A stretch of DNA of 64,000 bases from Rhynchobatus australiae (Eukaryota). Positions within the stretch are counted from its first letter, which is position 1; the number at the start of each line of letters is the position of its first letter. Below are positions 50,172-61,899 of this stretch, one piece after another. The notes beneath the pieces are model-generated. The model worked only from the letters and a program-made list of their open reading frames with translations. It had not been told where the DNA came from and did not search any database. The DNA lies in assembly GCA_034780895.1 (NCBI GenBank), contig JAUZTB010000033.1, positions 26,713,051-26,777,050 on the forward strand, in the 5' to 3' direction. A program made the translations under genes and the position numbers.

Positions 50172-51254
50172 TATACTTAACAAATAACACCACTAAACTT
50201 CCTCCTTTCTCCTCCAGAAAAGATAATGGATTATGGGGAGTTATGGTGGGTTATTGTTTTAGTTACTGGGAACTTTCCTTTATTGGGGGGATAAGACAGT
50301 GCTGATATACTATTCAAGTGAAGGGACAGAATAACTCTCCACATTTGCTAGGCTGCACCTTAGGATTAAGAATGTCTTGCTTCCAAATGAATCTAGCCAC
50401 ACAACTTATAGCAGAATTACAAAATTAGTCATCCAAACAGATATCCATAGTTAATTCTCCATGCTCCCATTTCCCAAGCAAACGTTGGCAAACTCTTAAG
50501 ACCAACATTAATCCAAATCCTACCCAAGCCACATTGTTCAGAACATCATTAATTCTGTACTCCTGCTGTTGGTATACTTACTTCAAGCAAACAGTCACCT
50601 CAACTGATGACTGGAGCTCACAACATCATAAAACTCAAATTATACCCCAATAATAGTCATTTGCAAAGTATTGGATATCAGTCAAGAGCAAAAGCCTTAA
50701 TGGCAACATACAAATACAGCATGACAAATCAATTCCTTAACCATGAAATAAATAACAGTACTTTTTTTTCCAGTAAATATTTCAGTCCAATTTAATGCAT
50801 ACGTAAAACAAAGTTATGCATTGATAAATGAATACTTCCAACAAGATCAAGTGAAAATATATTTAGATTACTGGGAATCTTTTGAAACAGGAATTTACAC
50901 ATGGTCTGTATAGGTAGTTATGCCGATTTAGTGTTGTGATGTAACCAACTATCTTGGCACAGACTTGAGTGCTCATAAGCATTCTACTAACATGCTCATT
51001 TTCTCTGGATTCAACTGGAACACATCTCTATAGTGACAGCACACACACCATAGCAGATGAAAATTTGTATTTTACTAGATTTCTCAGTGTCTTTGGAGAT
51101 TCAAGCATACCAACAAATGACACTTAAACAATTTTTTTTAATGTAATATGTGCTNNNNNNNNNNNNNNNNNNNNNNNNNNNNNNNNNNNNNNNNNNNNNN
51201 NNNNNNNNNNNNNNNNNNNNNNNNNNNNNNNNNNNNNNNNNNNNNNNNNNNNNN

Positions 51255-52410
51255 GAGGCTCCTATGAATATCCAGTCATTCTCCCTAACGGTTCCACAAC
51301 ATGGCTGCTGAAGCTGCACCCATTTTCAGATATGTTGCTCACATAAGGCCAGCTAAATAGATATAACAATGCTGCAAACGACTGAGCATAAAAGTAGACC
51401 AAATTGGCACTAAGTTTACTGGAGAATAACAATCAACACCTTGTAATGAAGACCGAGTCATTCGGGACAGCGATACGAAAAGTACACAGTCTACTGTCAG
51501 ATATAATTGTCAATGCTTTTCCATCCTTCACTGCACTCTCCGTAACTTCACAGCGCACTTTATGGATCTCAGGAAATAGTTCTCCAAGAATTTAATTTTA
51601 AAATTGCAATGAAACCAGATGTTAACCACGAATTTATAACTTAAATTGGCAACCCGTGTCTGCCTAGGAGTTACATTAATCACCGATCGGATACACCAGT
51701 AAAATTTGGCACTCGACAGGTTTGCATTGGGCTTTCTATCTAGTTCACTGGTTTCGTAGATTTAACCCTCTACTTTCTGCGAAAAGACTCACTCTATACG
51801 ACAAATACAAACGGCACCAGATCGTCATATCTAAAATTGATGAGTAATGCAGTTTCTATTATATGTAGACTTTCCTTTTGGAACATGGTGTTTAATCCTG
51901 AATTCAGAATGTACACATGCATATTTGACAGTAGAAGTAAATGTTTTGGATCAGCTTCCTGATGTAATGGAATGTTACCCTGTGTTCAGAGATATGTGTA
52001 CACAGAAATACAAATTCTGTGTGTGTGACTCTGTTCACACACCACACGAGAGGAATGCAATAGATAATCATAACGTTTAGAGAATTGAAACAGCCACAAT
52101 TCCAACATGTTCGCAATTATTTCATTGCAGGGATCGATGAAGTCAAAAGAAACCGAAGTAAGTACTTTAAAATACTTCAGATGACCAAGAGAAAAATGGG
52201 TATCGTTTTTATGCTGCCGGTACCAGGCGCAACAATCAAATATATATAGAGGGAGAACGATTGGGATTGGGTTTTGATGTCTGTCAGTCAGTCAGAAGTA
52301 CTGGAATAGAAAATTGCGCAGGCTGCCTGTTTGCTATTCATCAGTTGGAAGGTCATCGTCTATATTTATGATTTGATCTTCTGTTGATTAGCTTCATGAA
52401 CATCGTAATA
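51255..52410. other. Compositionally anomalous block of unknown origin (CpG-undepleted, AT-rich) in WEE1 intron 6
   Basis: About 30 CpG in 1.15 kb versus about 3 in the 1.65 kb to its left, at roughly 38-40% GC. No recognisable repeat or protein. Starts right after a 100-N gap. Confidence 0.75.
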
Positions 52411-52706
52411 AATGTCATTTTGAAATTAACAGTAAGGAAATGCTCTTCCCTCCATATATTCCTGATGCACAAGGTATTGCTGCACCAGGGGCTGATATAA
52501 TAAGTCTGTAAAATGGAGATTTCTAAGGATATAGAGCTTAATATAAATGAAAATACACACTGAACATTGTTAACCTGTACCCCAGTTCAACATAGAGACT
52601 ACAGTGAAAAATTCTATTAAAAATTGTATTCAAGTATAATAAGTTAATTGTAGATACAAACTTTAAAAGGGTAAGCATTAAAAACATAATGGATCTACAC
52701 ACTTAC

Positions 52707-52853
52707 TTGGCTTTATATCCATGTGCACAAGGGACATACTGTGAATGTACTTTAGACCCCGTGCAACCTGTAGTAGCAGGTCCCTCAGCTCTGGCTCACT
52801 AAAATATCGTCTATTCCTGTAATTTTCTGCTATTGCATCTGATAGGCTTCCAC
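52707..52853 (-). CDS. WEE1: WEE1 coding exon 6 (catalytic loop)
   Basis: GGSLSDAIAENYR...GLKYIHSMSLVHMDIKP; AAG| acceptor, |GTAAGT donor; 147 nt. Confidence 0.97.
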
Positions 52854-53009
52854 CTTTCCAAACAAAAACAATACACAATATTATTGCTTGGGATGTCCCA
52901 ATTTAACAAACTAATTGTAAGATAAGTTTGCTTGCATTTTAGGAAGTACATTTTCTTCAGAACATGTCACTGATAGCATAAACCATCTAAATTAATTAAA
53001 AAATTTTAC

Positions 53010-53131
53010 CATTGCAGTACTCATTTTGGATGAGCATATGGTCATCTTCCGCCCAGGCCGAATAATAACGAACTACATGCGTGTGTTGTCCTAGGACTGC
53101 ATGTGCATAGACTTCCCTTAGAGCATTCTGC
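53010..53131 (-). CDS. WEE1: WEE1 coding exon 5
   Basis: (E)[40 protein letters not shown]; TAG| acceptor, |GTAAAA donor; 122 nt. Confidence 0.97.
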
Positions 53132-53535
53132 CTATATGTAAAAATGAAATAGGATAGAATCTTTGTCACACCCAGTACTGCAGTAAACATCAGAAGTATT
53201 TTGACTGAGGCAAATACCCTTCATCTACCGAAAGACCAATGTGAATAAATGTTGAATTTAAGCTTGAAAGATGATCTGTTTGTGGGCCATCAGTCATCCT
53301 CTAACTAGGACATAAAATCATTAAAAATTAGGTGGTAAATGAATAAGCCCAATGATCAAAATAGTGATGCAAACTGTTCAATAGCACAATAAGGGGAAAG
53401 AGCGGTATTCTTTCTCTTTCCGTACCCTTTACTTATCCCATTACAAGGGCATTATAAAATCTAATTCTGAGATATGCAAACAGAACTGCCAGGAATTTTA
53501 ACCAACTTGTGTATATATATGTAGAAGCTACTTAC

Positions 53536-53708
53536 TCATCAACTGAACCTGCTAATGGCTTCTTTGAGCGTTTTATGGCATAAATACAACCATCGAGTCT
53601 CTTCACACATTTAAAAACTGAACCAAATTCTCCAGATCCAATCTTCTCCAACTCATGAAACTCTGTTGTATATCGTGATTTCATGTTACTTTCAGTAATT
53701 GGAATTCT
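53536..53708 (-). CDS. WEE1: WEE1 coding exon 4 (kinase N-lobe)
   Basis: [57 protein letters not shown]; TAG| acceptor, |GTAAG donor; 173 nt. Confidence 0.97.
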
Positions 53709-54672
53709 CTATTTCATAAAGTATGGAATAAAAATCAAATTTTAAAAATATTGTATTGACATAGGAAGTAAGAAATGAGCAATAACCAGGTTAAACAACT
53801 GGTTTTATGGTTTACTGTATAAATGAGATGAATAATCAGGTGAAAAATATCAACTAAAGAAAATCTAATCTTCATCCAAATTTAGATGCAGCATACTAAA
53901 AATAAAACAAGTCTAAATGTGGCACTCTAATGCCAACTTAGAAGCTTAATTGAAAAGCAAAAATTTCAGATGATGGAAATTTGAAACAAATAATAATGCT
54001 GGAAATACTCAGCTCAGGCAACATGAAAAGACAAAGAAACAGACTTGTTTCAAGTCAATAATTCTTCATCAGAAGGGCCACTGACCTGAAATGTTAACTC
54101 TGCTTCTCTCTACAAATGCTACTTGACCTTTGAGTTATTCCACCATTATTTTTAAAACAGAACTTAAACATAAATCACAAACAATTGTTAAACCAATTTG
54201 AGAAATTTCCAGAGAACAATTTCAGCAGCAAAATTTACAGCTTTGGCAATTCTAACAAGTTAATTTTTTTTATCAACTCAAAATGCAAAGCCTGTCAACA
54301 ACAATGTCAAAATTAAATTTACACATTTAAATTTAAAGATTCTGCCATTAAGAAATAGAAACAATCATATTAAAGGCTGGTGCTCAAAGTACACTCTCCC
54401 CAAATCCTAACTATACAAACCTGCTCAGCACTCTGACAGGATTTCCATCTATTTCTGATCTATTCAGCCATTCCTCCCCTACCCTCTCTACAACTTGCTT
54501 TCTCTCCCTTTCCCACTTCTCACAAAGGGTTTCCAACCTGAAATGTTAACTAGTTTCCACAGACATTGCTGACCTGAGTGTTTCCAGCACTATTTTTAAT
54601 ACAATATTTCTTACTGTCCTACTTTCCTAACTCCCAGAATCAACTCTAATGCTACAATGCCCGACTCAGGTA

Positions 54673-54846
54673 CAGGCAACCCCCATTTTACAGCTGTTCA
54701 AGTTACAGAGATTTGCCCTTTCAGGATTTGTGAAAAAACAAATAAAACACATTTCTTTCCAACTCTCATTCAATGATGCATGCACAGATGACATGGCTTA
54801 ACATTATGGACTATAACATTATGGACTATAACAAAGAGGTTGCCTG
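54673..54846. mobile_element. Tigger-like MITE
   Basis: TA|CAGGCAACCCC ... GAGGTTGCCTG|TTA inverted ends. Confidence 0.7.
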
Positions 54847-54995
54847 TTATTGAGCTTTAATATACCAACTCTTGCTTGCGGGAACGCAATGAGCTAAGTG
54901 ACCACTATGCCCACACTGTAAATTTACGATTTCATGACACCAATTTTCTCATTGACATACATAGCAATATACTTAACAAGCATTTTTGTTGTTAC

Positions 54996-55065
54996 CTTTG
55001 CTGGCCGGATACTTTCATCATCAAGCTCCCCATCACTTCCATCCATCAGTTCTCTGCATGGAAAC
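54996..55065 (-). CDS. WEE1: WEE1 coding exon 3
   Basis: Acceptor TTTTAG|, (G)FPCRELMDGSDGELDDESIRPAK, donor AAG|GTAAC; 70 nt restores phase 0. Not in the ORF track; read by eye. Confidence 0.9.
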
Positions 55066-58000
55066 CTAAAACAATTAGATTATAATACCAAGCAGCATCC
55101 AAATATTTTATTTGCATTCTATAGTGTAAAATATGAAATGATTTGTTAATTATTTGTAAATAGTATATCAAACATATGATACATCAACATGCAAGCACAG
55201 GCAATTGCATCCATGCAGTTAATAGAAAATGGAAATGGTGTCACAGGAAATATTAGCATTAAACAGACAGAGTATTGCCATTTACTACAAAAAAAATTAA
55301 GAGGTGCTGTAGCATGTACATTGAGTATATGAAAATAAGCTTCAACTATGACAGCAATTTCCTTGACTCTACGCAAAAATGTTGTTAAGCCTCCACCACC
55401 ACTTCACTGCAGTTCATTGATCTCTGGCCAGGTTATCCTGGTAATATGTTAGTTTAATGAAAATTTACTTCTACATGGACAATATTATCAACTTATTAAA
55501 AACTGGCTCAACACAATTTCTCCAATAATTTTGGGATTACTCTTTTGTTGTCAGAGGATCATTTCTGGTTTTCTGATTGTTCTCAGAGTTGGATCCCTCA
55601 ATTTCCTTCTTTTGCTTTGCTACCAGTACCACAATCCTTATCCAATTTGGTCCTATCTGCTCTTGAACTTCACTTCTCAACACCTTTAAAAAGTCAACTG
55701 AAACAGCCCTCGCCAATTAGGTTTTTAATCAACTTTGCCATCATAGCTTGATATCTGCATCTGAAGTATTTTGGTACATTTTCTATGGTAATAGCATATA
55801 AACATTGTTTCATGCAAGTGTATAGATTTATTTCATGCACAAAGTTAAATGTATTTTATCATCCTCTATGTTCTTTATATCACAGAAAAAAAATTACATC
55901 AGCTTCTGCGACCCAGAACATTCTCCCCAGTCCACTTTTCTTCATTATTTTGTATAAGCAAATTGGTTAATGATGCAAGGTATGGTCAAAAAGATGAAGC
56001 ATTCAGAGCCTCACCCAAGTAACCTTTCTTCAAGAAAACCCAGTGAATGTGTTGAGACAGGTTGGGACAAGGAAGGGTAAACAACATTCTATACCAATGC
56101 TGCACCAACTAGCATGAACCATTTCCACCCATGAATGCAACTCCAGAAAGGGTATGATGTTTACACAAAAGGGGCATTTCAAGATGCCACAATTGCAAAA
56201 TACTCCAACATATTGAAAATAAAGTTATTTTGCCAATGAATGGAATGGTTGATAGTGTCAAGAGCAAATGAAACTACAGCTCAATTGCCCATTGCAACAG
56301 AGTGGGGAGGTGGGATGAGGAGGATTTTAGAGAATAGTATTGGGAACAGCTTCAAGACAGTATTGTCCTTAAGACCCAAAGACTGTCAGTTACAGTATTG
56401 AACTACCTCTGATCTATCTTCTTCATAGCCTCTCACCATGTCACAGCTTTCAATTTCCTAACAGTCCCAACCTTCGTTTTCCCTGCACAGCACCAATTAA
56501 TCTCATTTGTTAATATGCAAATGAAACTTTGCATCACAACTGTACAGAGAGTAGTGAAATTGAGTACAGTAGCCTACACACAAAACACCCTTGCATCTAA
56601 ATAGATGGCAGGAAAAGCTTACAGAGCTGTTAAAAGTATTATTTTTTACAAATTGAAGCATATAGTACAAAAGCAAGGAATGATCAACGTGCTGTGCAAT
56701 GAAACAGTCTTTCATCATTTAAAGGCATTCAATGGGTGTCAACATGGCATGGTATATTCAGGGATAAAGTGATGTGCTCTTCTTTTATATACTAAAACAA
56801 GTGAAAATTATTGATAAACCATGGGTCCCGTGCTGGATGAAACACCTGGTCAGAACAAGTCTGCTATAAATCCCCTAAAAGTAAACTCGGGGCAGCTGTC
56901 AATGAAGTGAATGACACACACAATTAGTTTGCTATTGATTTCAAAAAATCCAGGAGCTCAAAACAGGGGAATTTAGATAAAACGAGTGGAGAATCCATTT
57001 CTACCAAGAGTGTTGGGGTAATTAGAGGATGCAAATTTAGGAGATGTCAAAAAAAATTTGGGGTTTTGGTGGGGGTGGGGTGAATGGAAAGAAAGAACTT
57101 TAACTCATCAAATGTTAATCTGGAATGCATTTTTAAAAGGTAGATTCATGTTAATCTCCCAAAAAGAAAACACAATGGCACAGCAGTCAGTGCCGTTGCA
57201 TCAAACAATAAGAAAACCAGGTTCAATCCTGACTCCTTTGTGTGGTATTTGCACAGTCACTGTGACTGAGTTGATATCTGCCTGGTGCATTGATTCTCTT
57301 CCACATCCCAAAGATATGGTATGTTAATTGTCCACCATAAATTAAACCTCAGTTTAAAGTGACAAAAATTCCAAAGAGTGGTGGGCATGTGAGAAAATAA
57401 TTTGCAAGGCTACAGTGGGAATGAAACTGATGGGATTCCTCTGCTGGCATTGACTTGATAGGCTTAATGGCATCTTTCTGTGTCACAACAATTAAGGATT
57501 TACTTAAATAAAAAAATTATGCAGGACTAAAGTGCAAACAGATGGCAAACACAGTGAATAATAGTTTTAAAGATATGCATGGAATAGTAGGCTCAATGTT
57601 ATGCCTTCATTACTGCCACATCAATATTTTAATAAGATAAACAAGTTTCAATATAAAATGGATGAACAGTTAGCATAAAATAGAGAAAAAGAGGAAATAT
57701 GACAGTGTAATGGAAAAAGAAAGTGGAGAAAAACTGAAGTGGGGAAAGAGGAATCAAAAAGAAAACAAGACTTGGGAAAAAAAGTGACATCAGGTGATTT
57801 GAGTGTAACTCAACAATATACTTCAAATTCAATTTGGTAAATGCAACACGTAGCTCAAGTAGTCAAAGACCTGTCAAACAAAGCTGAACAGTCATTGTTA
57901 ACTGTCTGCGCTCGTTTGATTTGTTTTATACATATGCAAGCAATATATCTAAGACAGCTGTTAACAGGTCTTTAAGAGATAACATAGACAGTGGAATATC

Positions 58001-58097
58001 AGAAGGTTATGGCAAGTAAACATTTCAAAATCAAAGCGTTTTGTGCAACCTCAGCAATTTTAAAATTTGCCAAACTGAGAAGTGTCTCAATATTTAC

Positions 58098-58321
58098 CCA
58101 TCCCAATATGTCCTTTTCCTTCTTCGACAATGCACAGATGAAGAAGAGTGGATGTACATGGAGTCTGGTGTAAAAGGGTTAATATTGACATGTGGGGGCT
58201 TATTCTTGTAATCACATGGCATTCTCTCAGATTGCTCAACATTCCTGAAAAGTGCTCCTCCTCGACGTCTTACTGAGCTGGAACTCAAGCAACTTGCAAC
58301 CCTTGCTTTGGATAACAAACT
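58098..58321 (-). CDS. WEE1: WEE1 coding exon 2
   Basis: Acceptor TTTTCAG|, SLLSKAR...VNINPFTPDS...CRRRKRTYWD, donor GG|GTAAAT; 224 nt. Confidence 0.96.
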
Positions 58322-59879
58322 CTGAAAATATACAACAGCAGCCTCATTTTAATAGTGATTAATTAAATAGACCACATTCACATTTTGTTTTAAAACAAGT
58401 TCTAACATTGAGTTTTATATTGGTTCAGTGTTTAAGCAAACTCCAGAGTTAAGAGCCCAAGCCCCAATGAAGTTTTCAGAAATATTAAATGGAAACTTAT
58501 GCCTTCACAATCCTATAGACATAACCAGATAATTGTAGCCTTCTGTCATCCACTAATATTTTGCCGTAACACCAAATGATTATACATGCAATTTAAATAC
58601 AGTAACAGGGACAATTGTATAACAGTCTGCCTCATGTACCTACAAAAGAACTTGTAGTTGAAGAGAATTCCATAGTTTTACAACATCCTGAAGCAAAGTA
58701 AAAGAGCATTAGAGAAGGTTTGAGCAATTCCACAACCAACGGAGGAGATGAAAGCTCCAGTCCTACCACATCCAACACACATAGTGACAAACCATTTCCA
58801 TTAACAAGAAGCTGCTCCAAGAACATTCTCAGCAATAGCTTGCTTAGCACAGAAGTCCAAAAGATAAGGCAAAACTATATGCAACTCTCTTTTGCCAGTA
58901 TGATTCACTTCTGATTCCTCTGGAGTTCCCTACCATTATAAAGCCCGTATTCAGCCAAGTGAACAACTCTGTATCAAAAACAGTGGGCACTAGATACAGC
59001 AAACCTCATAGGAAATTGACACCATCCCAGGTATAGAGCTAAAGATTTGCACTCCAGAACAAGATAAGCTTCTAAATANNNNNNNNNNNNNNNNNNNNNN
59101 NNNNNNNNNNNNNNNNNNNNNNNNNNNNNNNNNNNNNNNNNNNNNNNNNNNNNNNNNNNNNNNNNNCTGACCTGCTGAGTTCCTCCAGCACTTTGTTTTT
59201 TGCTCCAGATTGCAGCATCTAGTCACGTGTCTCCAAACTTCTAAATACACTATTCCAATACAGTCATTGTATTGGAGTCTATTTGGCAAGATGGAAAACT
59301 GCACAAATATATCCTATCCTCAAAAGACAAGACAAATCCAATCCAGCTCACGAACGTATTATGAATACAGGGTACTCATAATTTTAGTAATGAAAGGTGC
59401 AGTCCATCGTCCTACTTGTTCACCAATGCACAGTTTGGATTTCATTAGGAATACAATTTCAGACTTCTTTGGTCCAAATATTAATGAATGATCTTAATAA
59501 CAGAAGTAAGAGCGACTGCCCTTAGCTCAAGGCAAAACAACATCAATCCTGACCTGGGTGCTATCTGTGTGGAATTTTCAGTTCTCTCCGTGTGTGCATG
59601 CAACTCCCCCGAGTACTCCAATTTATGCCACATCCCAAAAATATGCTGGATGGTTTATTAGCTACTATAAATTACCTCGTGTAATGAGTAAAAGAAGGAC
59701 TGGGAGAGTTGATGGGGATGTGAGCAACAACAGGTTACAAGGAAATAAGTGGGCAATAGGACTCAGGGTGTACTCAAAGCTGACATATTTGATGGCTGAA
59801 TGGCCTCCTTATGTCATCAAGAAATATGAAATTAAGGGGAAAAACTCTCCATCATCTTGCACAAAGGGAGGAGATTGTT

Positions 59880-60120
59880 AAAGCACAACTTTTGACCTAA
59901 ATGCCATTCTCCTGCACTATTCCCATATCCTTTAATTCCCTTAACATTCAGAAATCTATCAATCTCCATTCTGAATGATCTCAATAACTGATTCACCACA
60001 GCCCTCTGGGCTAGAGAATTCCATAGATTCACCACTCTCAGATTGAAGAAATTTCTCTTCATCCCATCCTAAAGGACCAACCCCTTTTACAAAAGGTGTT
60101 TAATTTCATTCCCAATTCCT
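59880..60120 (-). mobile_element. CR1 3' fragment
   Basis: MKRNFFNLRVVNLWNSLAQRAV..FRMEIDRFLNVKGIKGYG. Confidence 0.85.
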
Positions 60121-61899
60121 CAGAATGTGAAGCAGTCCATTCATGAGAAATATTATGGAGCCATACAAGAACTCATATCTACATTTGTGTTTCACCTTGA
60201 CAGCTAACATTTGCTACCACTTTCCTGCCATTTCCCTTAACTCAAACTCCTGCAGACTAAAAATCTGTCCAATTTGCTTTGAATATTGTTTATAACTGTC
60301 TTCACAGCTTTTTAGAGTGGGGAATCCCAAAAGCTCAGGGCAAGAAGAAAGTCCTCCTCACTTTCATCTTAAACCCTCATTCTGAAACTATGTCTTTAGT
60401 TCTAACTGATTTATTNNNNNNNNNNNNNNNNNNNNNNNNNNNNNNNNNNNNNNNNNNNNNNNNNNCAATCCATACAGATCAGTTCATCACATCAATGAAT
60501 CAAGATGGTACAAGGGAATCTAAATTCTCCCATGAAGGGTTCACATCCTTTCAGCATCTATCTGCATGAACCTAGATCTGAAACAACACTCAGGAATGGA
60601 CTTCAATGGCAAAAAACATTCACTGTATTGTTACTAAAATTAACACAAATAATATTAGTGAAAAACAATACAAATCAAGAAAAATATTACTAACTCGCTA
60701 TGACCATTAAATCCAGTGCTAAGGAGATAACCAATTTCTTCACAAAGCAAAATTCTCCAAAGAGTACAATCTACCAATATCGATTGGTGTTTAAAACATG
60801 CCTAACATTCATATACTACTTAAAATAAATTTACTTATATTAAACAGTGATTTGAAACTCAAATTCCATCCCTGAATGCCACAATTTAAAAGAAATGGAC
60901 AGTAACATAATACCTGCTTATGCAAGAGCATTCGGCAGTATCTTGGGATGAAACTATGCTATTGGTTCAGTATAAATCCATTCTTCTAGAAGTTTAATAT
61001 TTGTTTTTAACTACCACACCAAATTTTCCCTCTTTACTTTGTGCAGTTAGGGAGAGTTTTTCCAATCCTATTCAAGTTATTACACAATTTCTTCATTCAC
61101 AAAATTCAATGACAACTATTCGCAAGCTATCTGACAAGAAAGCTTGCAGAGAAATCCTACATGCAGTAAAAATCTAAATCCACCACTACAGAGGTATTAG
61201 ATAATCATTACTTTGAACCCTGGGTGGTTCCCTCTATCCTACTGCTGTGACGCTAACAACCGAAGGCACCATTTCTCTAATCAACATTAGCTAATTTAGT
61301 GCAGAATTTACAAATATGGGACATTAATCAGCTAAACTCCTCAGCATTTTATTAATTCATATTCCAAATGAGAGGAGCTAATTTAGTCCGATTTTACTTT
61401 CTGTGAATACAAAATAGGTGTTCAGAAATGGTGCACAGAACAAATTCAAAGTCACAAATAGATCAATAAACTATAAGCAAAACCTATTGAATGTCCAAGG
61501 TTATCCAAGGATTCACAGGTTATCCTGTGGTTTACGTGGAGATATGCAAATTGACAGAAACCCTGATTATTCTTTAATTTTCTGACAACTTTCAACAAAC
61601 TTCTTGATGCTATACATAGTCCCACAAACGAAAAGTAGAGTGACCCCACTGCTTTTGCCACTGGTTACACCAAAACATCGTACCATAATACTGGTTTAGC
61701 ACTAGAAATGATCCATCATCAGTGCCACAGTTCAACTTGGCACATAGACACAGCAATTTGTTAAAATTGAACAATTTGCTCACAAAGATCAGAAATTCCG
61801 AGTCATAAAAAGGTGTAAACAGGCAATAAAACGAGCAAATATTAAAACTCTAATCTTAGAGTCGAGAGATAGACCCCATTCCCTTCTTAGTAGATAAAA

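Noticed and set aside
51594-52400. Several 8-12 bp palindromes and two adjacent 8-bp hairpins (about 51999-52042) in the anomalous block
   Set aside because: A rough expectation for this length and composition is about 5 palindromes of 8 bp or more versus about 8 seen. There is no regular spacing or repeat-spacer pattern, so it is not called an array.
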